The notes beneath the pieces are model-generated. The model was not told the DNA's origin and did no database searches. It saw only the letters and a list, made by a program, of their open reading frames with translations. This document shows positions 45,276 to 55,211 of a stretch of 64,000 nt of DNA, piece by piece. The stretch's first letter is position 1. Each line of letters begins with the position of its first letter. This stretch comes from Candidatus Cloacimonadota bacterium (GTDB taxonomy: Bacteria > Cloacimonadota > Cloacimonadia > JGIOTU-2). Made by a program: the position numbers and the translations under genes. The stretch covers positions 199,475 through 263,474 of the forward strand of contig JBNGBT010000005.1 in the NCBI GenBank assembly GCA_049903315.1. Direction: 5' to 3'.

Positions 45276-48200
45276 ATGAAGCGATTAATTGTGATTATTG
45301 GAATTTTTTTACTACCGGTTATGCTCTTTTCAGCACAACTCAAACCCACAACTACACCCTCAAAATATCTGGATATCACAAAAGTACTTGAATCGGGGAA
45401 CTATAGTTTGCGTGTTTCAAATTATGGAGTAATTGGCTCTGGAGACGATATTGCACCTCAATATCCCTCTCTGGAATATCCCAAAGGATCGGGAATTGAT
45501 TTTCTATATATCGGAGCATTATGGTTCAGCGCTTGTAAACAAAGAAGAAATGATTACGGTCAAATGCTTTGGTGGGAGAGTGCAACACATGAAATAACTA
45601 CAGTCGTTCCGACTGAATTCGGGAAAGTAATAGATACCCTTACTACAACTGGATATGAAGGAGATGATGACTACTATGAGCTCCTTCCCGCATATAATCC
45701 GCTCGAACATGTGCTTGGAACACAATACTATATGTACAATCCCAAAGATACAGTGATGAGGTATTTTTATAAAGAGGGGCTGCCAAATATTGATGATGAC
45801 CAGGATGGCTTGATCGATGAAGATCCGGCTGGGAAGAAAGGTTTTCCTATATATTGTTACCCGCAAGATACCATCCAATGTTTTACACTAGGATTTGATG
45901 ATGATGGGGATGGGATTATCGATGAAGACGGCGGATATTTTGGTTTTGAGAATATGAGATCATATTTCTATGATTACAGCCCTTTTGGAACTCAGGGGCA
46001 ACGAGTGGTTGGATCTACGTACTATTCTCAAGATCATACACCATTAAATATTGCAGTTTCACAAGAACTTTTTTCCTGGCCCTATGAAGCAATTGACAAC
46101 ATTGCATTATTAAAAACTGTGATTTGGAATATGAATCCAGTTGATACATTATTTGATTTTGCAGTAGGTTATTATATGGATTGTGATATTGGTCCTCAAT
46201 ACTATCCTTCATCCAGTAGGGACTATGATGATATCAGTTCATATAACGAACAATATAATTTTGCATACGCATATGATGCAGACGGAGATGGAGGATTAAC
46301 ACAGGGATATATTGCGACAAAGGTCTTTCCTATACATGATTCAGCAAATTATTCCTGCTGGAGCTGGGATGTAGGAGCTGGTCCACAGGATGATTGGTGG
46401 CATGAAAAATATTGGGTCATGACACATAATGCTAATCCTTTAACCACGCAATTTCAATCTCTTATAGAAGATCCAAATGCCCAGATAAACGATCCTTGTG
46501 ATACGCGATTTTATTATGGTATATATGGAGATCAACAAGGGTACCCAAATCCGACAGCTCAAAGCTACAATATTGAGCCTGGTGATTCGTTGGTTTTTTA
46601 TTCTGCAATATTTCTTGGAGATTCAATAAGTGCATTAGAAGAAACTGCTGAAATTTTAGATCAATTTGCTAGTACCGGTTTTAATCATTTATTTCTTGAT
46701 AGCTATACACCGGATCTTTTCTTCTCAGAGTATGTTCAGGGATCGGATGTAAATATGGCGCTGGAAATTTATAATTCCACAACAGCACTCGTCGACCTTT
46801 CTGATTATAGGATCGTTCATGCTCTTAAAGGTACTGGCTGGAAGTATTATCATGAGTTTCCCCAAGGAGCTGTAATAGAGCCAAAAGATGTGTGGGTGCT
46901 CACAACAGACCATGCATGCGATAGTCTGAAGAACGTTGCAGATGAAGTGCTTGCATATTACAGCGCAGCGCATTTCTGGGGAGATGATGCGCGTGGATTG
47001 CAGAAACGTAGTCATGATGGCAGTTCATGGTCTTTGATCGATGTAATAGGAGAACCGGATAACGATCCGGGATATGGCTGGAATGTTGCAGGCATATCAG
47101 ATGCAACTAAACATCATACGCTTGTAAGAAAAGATTCAATATTTCACGGAAATACAGATTGGGAGACTTCGGCAGGAACAAATACTGAAAATTCTGAATG
47201 GGATGTATATCCGGAAGATACCTTTCAGTATCTTGGCTGGCATAATAAAGGTGGTGAGGTACCAGAAACCTATATCACAACAAGTCAAGGGGATATCGAT
47301 TCGTGCCGAGTAGGTTCCGCAATTACGTTCAAATTCTCAAGCACACCAGAAGCAGAATATTACAAATATCGGCTTGTTTATTACAAAAGTTACATTACTG
47401 ATACGCTCCATATCGCTCCACATGGTGATCCAATTCACACCATGGTATGGCGTTCAACCAAGGACTATGACAAGCCGGATGAGGTGCTTCTGAAATCTCA
47501 TTATAATGATAATCCATTTGAAAAACCACTCTTACGGTTAAATGAAAAATATGCTGATGGCAGGTATGAAGTAACTCAGATCCAGGTCAAAGCGGTAAAT
47601 TATTATGGTCTTGAAGATTCAACCTGTGCTGAAATGTGTTTCTTTGTCAGAGATTATTTCGAACCAGATACTGCACCCTTTATGGCATCTATGAATCAGG
47701 ATTTGCCAGATAGTCTAAGAAATTTTTCGTTGAATATTTTACCCTATGTTTATTTACTTGGAGAAAATCATTATTTAACATATCAAATCCATGAACATTT
47801 TGATCCACTGGCAATACCTGAGATATTTGTTAATGATGAATTTCATTTCGGTAATCCATTTTATATGGATATAAACGAAGAGTTATCAGCAATATGGTCG
47901 GATGATTTTGAGATTCATCTTTGGTGGAGTTATCTTGGTGAGTTTGAGTTTGACTATGGTAAAGGAAGATATCCTGAACACAAACCATATTACTACGATG
48001 AAAATCTTGATGAATATGTGCATTATTACTGCGAAGTTGATTATATGGATATACAACTCGATGGAGGAGTAAACGGTTTACCAGTGATAGGTGATATTAT
48101 TAATGATTCTATACGAAGTGATGAGTGGATGAGAGTACCAATAGAGAATCCTCGGGAGTGTGTCTTAACTGGTTTATCTTCCGGTCAGCATACTTTCAGT

Positions 48201-49520
48201 GTACGAGCTGTGGATGCACAGGGAGCAGTAGATCCAACACCCGAGGAATTAATCTTTACCTTTCATGAACCTCTTGATGCAAATAATTATGATAACATCC
48301 TCGTGATCGATGATACACAGAATCAAATTATCTTTGCAGTGGAGGATTCGGTAAATAAATTCTATGCTGAATTAATGGAAGGATGTAGTTCTACAGTCGA
48401 TTGGATAGATCTTCGTGATGATTATTACTCAAATATTGCTGTACTCAATGAACAGATAAGAGATGAGCTTATGACTCATTATTTCGCTCCATCCGATTTA
48501 CAAAATTATAAAATGATCCTCTGGTATGCGAATGATCCCAAGAGTTTTTATACTGATCTTACAGAAGTGCATTTAATAGCGCATTATGATGCTTTAACAT
48601 ATTATCTTGAACAAAAAGGAAGTCTTGTGTTCACCGGAACAGCGAGGATAAGTGATAAAAGCACCTATTATTATCATAATTATCCTCATGATAAAAAATA
48701 TATATTTCTGAGAGAATATGCTGGACTTGCAGATACCCTTTCTGAGTTGTCTCAATCATTGGATTTGGATAACTGGTTTTGGGGAACTCCGACTGTAGAA
48801 AATTCAATGTTTGCTGGTGCTCAAGGAGTAAATGATTTTGGTAATTTCGGGCAATTTAATCTCAATCAACATTTATACAAATTTCCGACTGGTGCTTTCT
48901 TTCCTGAGTACTGGATATTCTCAACAAATCCATTAGGTAAGATAGGTAATGTTACTTTGTTAAATCCTCTCAAGGCAGATACAATTTTTACCTGTATTAC
49001 TGACACCATGGATATTCATCAGCAGTTTGCTGGAGCGCCGGTTGGCACAAAATATGTAAAAGAACCAAATGAGACAGGCGCTGTATATGTGCTTGGATTT
49101 CCGCTTTATTATATGCAGCTGGATGATGCAAAGGCATTTATGGATAGAGTATATACCGAAGTTGATTCCCTCTTCTCGGATGATACTACGCATATTCATG
49201 AACATCCGAGAATCGATGTATTAAGCTATCCAAATCCTGCAACTCCAAAATTATTCACTCATTTCTTTTCTGTACATTTTGAACATATGGATTCATTTGA
49301 AAATGCAAAATTGAAAATCTATAATGTCCGAGGGCAGCATATAAAAACAGTACATATTGAGGATAAAGACTGTAGCAAAACCAAACAGGGTCTTACCTTG
49401 ATTCTGCCCTGGGACCTGAGAGATGAACGTGGCAAAGAAGTGTCCAACGGCGTGTATTTATACCGCGTTGAGACTAAAGGTGTGGATTCTGCTATAGATA
49501 AAATGGTAATCTTAAGATAA
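45276..49520 (+). CDS. Large secreted multidomain protein with lamin-tail domain and FlgD-Ig/T9SS-like C-terminal domain
   Basis: Signal peptide, acidic DDDxDGxIDED repeats, DLFFSEYVQGS...ALEIYN...HTLVRK (LTD), YPNP...IYNVRGQ...WDLRDERG.EVSNGVYLY. Confidence 0.8.
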   Translation: MKRLIVIIGIFLLPVMLFSAQLKPTTTPSKYLDITKVLESGNYSLRVSNYGVIGSGDDIAPQYPSLEYPKGSGIDFLYIGALWFSACKQRRNDYGQMLWWESATHEITTVVPTEFGKVIDTLTTTGYEGDDDYYELLPAYNPLEHVLGTQYYMYNPKDTVMRYFYKEGLPNIDDDQDGLIDEDPAGKKGFPIYCYPQDTIQCFTLGFDDDGDGIIDEDGGYFGFENMRSYFYDYSPFGTQGQRVVGSTYYSQDHTPLNIAVSQELFSWPYEAIDNIALLKTVIWNMNPVDTLFDFAVGYYMDCDIGPQYYPSSSRDYDDISSYNEQYNFAYAYDADGDGGLTQGYIATKVFPIHDSANYSCWSWDVGAGPQDDWWHEKYWVMTHNANPLTTQFQSLIEDPNAQINDPCDTRFYYGIYGDQQGYPNPTAQSYNIEPGDSLVFYSAIFLGDSISALEETAEILDQFASTGFNHLFLDSYTPDLFFSEYVQGSDVNMALEIYNSTTALVDLSDYRIVHALKGTGWKYYHEFPQGAVIEPKDVWVLTTDHACDSLKNVADEVLAYYSAAHFWGDDARGLQKRSHDGSSWSLIDVIGEPDNDPGYGWNVAGISDATKHHTLVRKDSIFHGNTDWETSAGTNTENSEWDVYPEDTFQYLGWHNKGGEVPETYITTSQGDIDSCRVGSAITFKFSSTPEAEYYKYRLVYYKSYITDTLHIAPHGDPIHTMVWRSTKDYDKPDEVLLKSHYNDNPFEKPLLRLNEKYADGRYEVTQIQVKAVNYYGLEDSTCAEMCFFVRDYFEPDTAPFMASMNQDLPDSLRNFSLNILPYVYLLGENHYLTYQIHEHFDPLAIPEIFVNDEFHFGNPFYMDINEELSAIWSDDFEIHLWWSYLGEFEFDYGKGRYPEHKPYYYDENLDEYVHYYCEVDYMDIQLDGGVNGLPVIGDIINDSIRSDEWMRVPIENPRECVLTGLSSGQHTFSVRAVDAQGAVDPTPEELIFTFHEPLDANNYDNILVIDDTQNQIIFAVEDSVNKFYAELMEGCSSTVDWIDLRDDYYSNIAVLNEQIRDELMTHYFAPSDLQNYKMILWYANDPKSFYTDLTEVHLIAHYDALTYYLEQKGSLVFTGTARISDKSTYYYHNYPHDKKYIFLREYAGLADTLSELSQSLDLDNWFWGTPTVENSMFAGAQGVNDFGNFGQFNLNQHLYKFPTGAFFPEYWIFSTNPLGKIGNVTLLNPLKADTIFTCITDTMDIHQQFAGAPVGTKYVKEPNETGAVYVLGFPLYYMQLDDAKAFMDRVYTEVDSLFSDDTTHIHEHPRIDVLSYPNPATPKLFTHFFSVHFEHMDSFENAKLKIYNVRGQHIKTVHIEDKDCSKTKQGLTLILPWDLRDERGKEVSNGVYLYRVETKGVDSAIDKMVILR

Positions 49521-49703
49521 TTTATTTCGAATCCCAGGCGCAGCGAGGATTGGATATATTCTTTCTTAAACATCTGCTCATCGTTACTTCACTCTTTAGG
49601 GGTCGGAGTTGATGATTTTATATATATCCTCAAAACTTGACAACGCAACCCGTCCCTTTGCTTTTCTCTTACTTTACGTATATTATGTGAATTACGTACC
49701 AAA

Positions 49704-49779
49704 GCCACCATAGCTCAGTTGGTAGAGCAACTGATTCGTAATTAGTAGGTCGTGGGTTCAAATCCCGCTGGTGGCTCCA
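49704..49779 (+). tRNA. tRNA-Thr (CGT)
   Basis: GCCACCA TAGCTCAGTTGGTAGAGC A ACTGA TTCGTAA TTAGT AGGTC GTGGGTTCAAATCCCGC TGGTGGC TCCA, a cloverleaf with encoded CCA. Confidence 0.96.
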
Positions 49780-49790
49780 TTTGATTTTTC

Positions 49791-52700
49791 ATGAGTAATT
49801 ATAAAAAAGTATTAAGAGCATTCAGAAATAGATATGTTCTCAACTCCCTGCTTGAGAATGCACTGTACCTGATTGCGAGCCTGGCACTATTTTTTCTTGT
49901 TTTTTCATTTTTGACGAATCATCTGACAACATCCTTTGAATATTACGATGCACTGAAAACATGGTCATTAGCTTCAAAGATTTTTACAGGGATTCTTCTC
50001 ATACTTTTTATCATCAGATTTCTTTTGAACTTTCCTGGTATAAAGAAAATAGCCCAGACAATCTCAGAACACAACCCAAAGGATAATGAGATCATTTTAT
50101 CAGCGCATGAGTTCGAAGAGAGCGCGGATCTCTCTCATTACTCAAAGGAAATACTCGATAAAGCAATAGGGGATGCAGATCATCGTGCATCGGAACTGAA
50201 TTATTCAACAATTTTTCCTTCATCAAATCTCAAGAAAAGTTTTCAATCAGTTCTTTTTGCATTTATCGCATGTGTCCTCGTATTGTTAATAAATCCGATA
50301 CTACTGCCCACCTCTACACAAGTAATAATGCATCCAACATCCTTTGCACCGCATTATGATTCTTATATTCTTGTTGAGCCGGGGAACACAAAAATTCTCA
50401 AGGGAAGCACTCTTCCGATTATTATAAAAAATTATTATCCCGAATTGTCCTATGAGATACACATAGAGCAGCAGAAACGCTGGAAAACAGTAAACCTGTC
50501 TTCATCTACTCATATGTTGTATAATGTTACTGACAGCCTTCATTATGTGATCTCGAATGAATATGCTCAAACTGACACATTTACTATTAAGGTGCTTGAA
50601 AAACCTATAATTAAGAATCTGCAGATACGATATGACTATCCTTCATACACAGAGCTGAAAGATAGGACTGAAAATGATATTGCTGGTAAGATTATTGCAA
50701 TCAAGGGGACAGAAATTACTGAAGAACTTCTTGTGAATAACGAACTCACTGAGTACAGGATCGTTTTTTCTGACGGAAGTACTCAGGAACTTAAGAAGAT
50801 TGGGGATTTCGTCTATAGAACGGGATTTACGGTTGAAAAAAGCGGAAGTTATCATTTTTATTTGAAAGATATTCTCGGAAATACAAATAACATAATAGAA
50901 CAAACAATTATTGCCGAGGAGGATCTTCCCCCAAAAATTCAAATTATGCTTCCAGCGAGGGATAAGATACTCGCACAAAATATGCAGGAACAGATCGATT
51001 TTACTGCTTCGGACGATTTTGGAGTGCGGAAGATTGAGATCCTCTATAAGAAAAATGACGGCGATTATATCTCAAAGACAGTGCTCGATACTACAGGAAT
51101 TACCACTCTGACAGCAAGTTATAATTTTGATGTAGCAGATCAGAATCTCTTACCCGGGGATGTGATATTCTACTATTTAAAGGTGTTTGATAACTGTACA
51201 ATTCCAGAAGCCCATGAAGCCAAATCAAAAATATACCTGTTAAAATTTCCTTCAATAGAAGAGCTCTACGAGGAAATTCAAAAACAGCAGACAGGCAATA
51301 TGGATGAGATGAGGGAATCATTGGATGAATCACGAAAAAATAAGGAAAAATTCGATGAATTAAGAAGAAAATACCTCAAGAACGAGGAAATGGACTGGCA
51401 GCAGAAAGAGGACTTGAAAGAAGTATTAAAGAAACAGAAAGAGCTCTCCAAGAAAGCAGAAGAAACTGCAAAGGAATATGAAAATTTTGTAAATGAACTG
51501 GAGAAAAATAAAGCGGTTGCACAGGAAACACTGGAGAAATTGAGACAAATCCAGGAACTCATGAAGGAAATTTCATCCCCTGAGCTTGAAGAAGCAATGA
51601 AAGAACTACAAAAGCAGATGGAGAAGATCTCGCCGGAACAGATGAAAAATGCCCTCGATAAATTCCAATTCTCACAGGAGGAATTCAACAAAAAGCTGCA
51701 ACAGACATTAGATTTATTAAAAAGTATCCAACTCGAGCAAAAATTGCAAAAAGCATTGCAGCAGGCAGAGGAACTGGAAAAACTGCAGAAGGAACTCAAC
51801 GAGCAGACGTCCAACCGAATAGACAAAAACCAGGAATTGAATGATCTTGCTTCATCGCAGTCCGACATTCAAGAAAAATATGAATCACTCAAAGAAGAGC
51901 TTGAAAAACTCGCAAAAGAACTTGCCGAGAACAAGGAAAAAAATGCGGCAAATGAACTGGAGAAAGGGCTTCAGCAGGCAGGTCAAAATAAATTGGGTGA
52001 AGTAATGCAAAGTGCTGCACAACAGCTCCGTCTTGACGACAAGCAGGCGAAAAAGAAGCAACCAGAAATACTCGTCGGGCTTTCAGAACTCAGGAATTCA
52101 ATTTACATGGCGCAGATGAAGATGCAGGCTTCGCTCATGACAGAATTTCAAAAATTGTTGAAAAAAACCCTTAATGAAATGCTCTACTTCTCTAAAAAGC
52201 AGGAAAGATTTCTTGATAAAACTTATAGTACATATGATATTCTTGATGAAGAGATCAGTATGTACGAAGGGGTGAAAAATTCCGTGAACACGCTTTTCAG
52301 CGATCCTATGATCATATTGATGATGGACCCAAAATTCTTTCCACATTCTGCGATCGCACTCAATCGGTTTGAAGGTATGTTCGAGAAGATCTCGGAGAAC
52401 AGTCATTATAATATTCAAAAAGATAAGGAAGAAATATATCAGGCAATGAATCTTATGATCATTGACCTCCTACTCTCCAAGAGCAGGCAGCCACAGGGTT
52501 CCGGCGGAAGTATGCAGCAGCTTTTACAACAGCTTCAGCAGATGTCTCAAGGACAGCAATCAATCAATATGCTCGCACAGGCAATACTTGAACAAATGCT
52601 GAGTCAACAGCAGCAGGGATTAGGAATGACTCCTCAACAGCGGGAAATGGCAGAAAGAATTGCAGGCAACGAACAGCAAATCAAAGAAAATTTTGAACGA

Positions 52701-53066
52701 ATGCTGCGGGATTATCCAGAAGCAGAGAAACTTCTTGGCAACATGGATGGATTGAAAAATGACCTTAAAGAAGTAGTAGAAAAGCTGCAGCAGGGGATCA
52801 TTGATGAACAGGTCATCCGCCAGCAAAACAATATTCTGTCACGAATGCTTGATGCCCAACGCTCGATACACGAAAGGGATTACAGTAAGAAAAGAGAGTC
52901 CGAAACACCAAATGAACAGCAGTGGGATGTCCCGGATAATCTCATCATTGATACCACGAACATGGAAGTGAGAGATATCCTGAGGTATATTAACGAAAAT
53001 TATCCTGAAGAATACCATCGCCTGATCAAAGAATATTTGGAAAAAATACAGCATGAAAATAATTAA
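49791..53066 (+). CDS. DUF4175-family membrane protein with long coiled coils
   Basis: Three N-terminal TMs, YPSYT, D.PP.I....P, A.DDFGV, L.PGD...Y.L.V.DN, FPS.EE, Q/E-rich coiled coils, RMLDAQRS...RD...KRES. Confidence 0.8.
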   Translation: MSNYKKVLRAFRNRYVLNSLLENALYLIASLALFFLVFSFLTNHLTTSFEYYDALKTWSLASKIFTGILLILFIIRFLLNFPGIKKIAQTISEHNPKDNEIILSAHEFEESADLSHYSKEILDKAIGDADHRASELNYSTIFPSSNLKKSFQSVLFAFIACVLVLLINPILLPTSTQVIMHPTSFAPHYDSYILVEPGNTKILKGSTLPIIIKNYYPELSYEIHIEQQKRWKTVNLSSSTHMLYNVTDSLHYVISNEYAQTDTFTIKVLEKPIIKNLQIRYDYPSYTELKDRTENDIAGKIIAIKGTEITEELLVNNELTEYRIVFSDGSTQELKKIGDFVYRTGFTVEKSGSYHFYLKDILGNTNNIIEQTIIAEEDLPPKIQIMLPARDKILAQNMQEQIDFTASDDFGVRKIEILYKKNDGDYISKTVLDTTGITTLTASYNFDVADQNLLPGDVIFYYLKVFDNCTIPEAHEAKSKIYLLKFPSIEELYEEIQKQQTGNMDEMRESLDESRKNKEKFDELRRKYLKNEEMDWQQKEDLKEVLKKQKELSKKAEETAKEYENFVNELEKNKAVAQETLEKLRQIQELMKEISSPELEEAMKELQKQMEKISPEQMKNALDKFQFSQEEFNKKLQQTLDLLKSIQLEQKLQKALQQAEELEKLQKELNEQTSNRIDKNQELNDLASSQSDIQEKYESLKEELEKLAKELAENKEKNAANELEKGLQQAGQNKLGEVMQSAAQQLRLDDKQAKKKQPEILVGLSELRNSIYMAQMKMQASLMTEFQKLLKKTLNEMLYFSKKQERFLDKTYSTYDILDEEISMYEGVKNSVNTLFSDPMIILMMDPKFFPHSAIALNRFEGMFEKISENSHYNIQKDKEEIYQAMNLMIIDLLLSKSRQPQGSGGSMQQLLQQLQQMSQGQQSINMLAQAILEQMLSQQQQGLGMTPQQREMAERIAGNEQQIKENFERMLRDYPEAEKLLGNMDGLKNDLKEVVEKLQQGIIDEQVIRQQNNILSRMLDAQRSIHERDYSKKRESETPNEQQWDVPDNLIIDTTNMEVRDILRYINENYPEEYHRLIKEYLEKIQHENN

Positions 53067-54831
53067 TATTTTTGTAATTATAGTTTTTTGTATTGTAATT
53101 TTTACACCATCATTATACGCAGTTGATGATCAGGCAGTGCTTCAGTTAAAGCTTCGCGAAGCATTGAATTTCGAGCAGCAGGGGAACAGTGTTGAAGCCG
53201 AGAGATTATATAAACAGTTACTTGAGAATTTTCCCCATAACAGGCAAGTAAGCAGCAGGTTAATATATATGTATATGAGGACAAATAATCTTGATTCTCT
53301 GGAGAAATTTCTTGAAGATGAGAAAGATTATCTTGCCAGTAATTATTATGAGATCATACGCATTGAATTACTTATCAAAAAAAATCAGCTTGATGAAGCC
53401 AGGAAAATCGTGGAAGAACTTCTCCGGGAAGCAAAGGTCAATATTTCTACTCTCAGACAGGTCGCACAGGTATATCAAAGATATCACCTTTATGATGACG
53501 CGGTTGAGCTGTATTTGAAAGCACGAAAAGAATCAAATAACTCAATTATATTCGCACAAGAGCTCGCTGCTGTGTATCAGTTGCAGGAAAGATCACACGA
53601 TGCGATGAATGAGTATTTGAATATTCTAGATGACAAGACATATAATAATGTTCGTTATCGGCTGGAAAAGCTTGAACTTTCTAATGAAGAAATAATTGTT
53701 GCATTAGAAGAGAGATTTAAACAAGAATCAAGTATAGAGTTGCAGGAACTCATCGGTGAATTCTACATACTTTCAGGTCAGTATCAACGAGCTTTTGAGA
53801 CGTATGTCACTCTTGGAAATGATGCATTGATAAAACTCACGACAATTGCAGAAAAGCAAGAATTGTACGACCTTGCCATTCAATGTCTTTCTGCAGTTCT
53901 CATTGTAACAGAGGATATACAGACAATACTTTATCTGGAGAATAAAATAGGGGAGCTGTATTATAAGCTATCTGATCATGCGAAAGCTTATGAGTACTAC
54001 ATAAAAGTCATTGATCTCTTTCAGAATACAAAAGCTTCGTTGCCGCCAATGTTGATCTTTACCGCATATAAAAATCTTGCATACATCGAACTGTTTGAGT
54101 ATCAAAATTCTGTTCAGGCACAAGAATATTTGGAAAAAGCTCTTAATTATACAGGCGCATCATCGGAAAAGGCAGACCTTTCCATCTTGCTGTCACAGTG
54201 CTATTTGCGACAAGGAAATTATCAACAAAGCGAAGACATATTAAATCAAGTCATTGAGAACAGGCTCTACACCACAGAGATGAAAGAAAGAGCAAAGCTA
54301 AAGCAGGTAGAAACTGCGCTTCTGAAAGGAGATTTTTCTTATGCAGATTCTCTTTCCTTAGAATTCTTTGCTCATGACTACGAATCAACCTCTATAAATG
54401 ATGTGGCAGCAATGTATAGGACGATACAGAAAGAGCTCAATCTAAAAAAAGCTGATGATGAAGTGAGAAATACAGCGCTCTCGTTTTTGAGAGATATGTA
54501 TTTTAAAAAGAATGGATCATTAATTGAAGATATTGAGCGGTTGTCTGCTGCACTTCAGGATTCGACAGTTATTTCTTATTTAACATTACAAGTTGCTGAT
54601 CATTATTACGATTTGGGAGAGTCTGCCCTGGCCGTAGAGCTTTATAAAGAAATACTCAATACTGAAGATAGTCCATACAAGGAATATGTGTATTATATGA
54701 TAGCAAATTCCCTCAGCCAGCTTGATCTGAATGAAGATGCCCTGATATATTATACAGATTATTTACTCGAGTTTCCACAAGGAACTTTTGCACCTGAAAT
54801 TCGTTTGAGAATGAAAAAATTAAATTCCTAA
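53053..54831 (+). CDS. Exported tetratricopeptide-repeat protein
   Basis: Signal peptide, repeated TPR-like helices, C-terminal Y...LLEFPQG.FAPEIR. Confidence 0.8.
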   Translation: MKIINIFVIIVFCIVIFTPSLYAVDDQAVLQLKLREALNFEQQGNSVEAERLYKQLLENFPHNRQVSSRLIYMYMRTNNLDSLEKFLEDEKDYLASNYYEIIRIELLIKKNQLDEARKIVEELLREAKVNISTLRQVAQVYQRYHLYDDAVELYLKARKESNNSIIFAQELAAVYQLQERSHDAMNEYLNILDDKTYNNVRYRLEKLELSNEEIIVALEERFKQESSIELQELIGEFYILSGQYQRAFETYVTLGNDALIKLTTIAEKQELYDLAIQCLSAVLIVTEDIQTILYLENKIGELYYKLSDHAKAYEYYIKVIDLFQNTKASLPPMLIFTAYKNLAYIELFEYQNSVQAQEYLEKALNYTGASSEKADLSILLSQCYLRQGNYQQSEDILNQVIENRLYTTEMKERAKLKQVETALLKGDFSYADSLSLEFFAHDYESTSINDVAAMYRTIQKELNLKKADDEVRNTALSFLRDMYFKKNGSLIEDIERLSAALQDSTVISYLTLQVADHYYDLGESALAVELYKEILNTEDSPYKEYVYYMIANSLSQLDLNEDALIYYTDYLLEFPQGTFAPEIRLRMKKLNS

Positions 54832-54924
54832 ACTTATTTCTGGACAAAGAATATAAATGATAGCTCTAAATACACCAGCATAGTATACTAAATTATATCA
54901 ATAATTTTTAGTTCAGGAGAACTC

Positions 54925-55122
54925 ATGAAAGATAAAAAAAAGACAAAAACAAAATTTTGGAAAACCCTTTCCTTCTTCATACTTATTTTTTTGGGCATCA
55001 AACTGGTCGGTAAGTTTATCAAGGAGCATGTTATCAAATATAAAGTTGGTACCATAGATGACTTCCAGGAAGATGATGAGATAGAAATCTCGGAAGAAGA
55101 TAAGCAAGAAGATCAACAATAA
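54925..55122 (+). CDS. Small hypothetical membrane protein
   Basis: CAGGAG RBS, one TM segment, acidic tail. Confidence 0.55.
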   Translation: MKDKKKTKTKFWKTLSFFILIFLGIKLVGKFIKEHVIKYKVGTIDDFQEDDEIEISEEDKQEDQQ

Positions 55123-55211
55123 TCTAAATTAGAGTATAAAGAAGCAAATTTTCTTTTTCACTTTATATCAACATATGCAATTCTCAGAACTTTTGAAACT
55201 CAGGAGGTCTG

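Noticed and set aside
49704..49779. Prophage or island integrated at tRNA-Thr
   Set aside because: No integrase and no duplicated tRNA 3' end were seen; the downstream genes look like core envelope genes.
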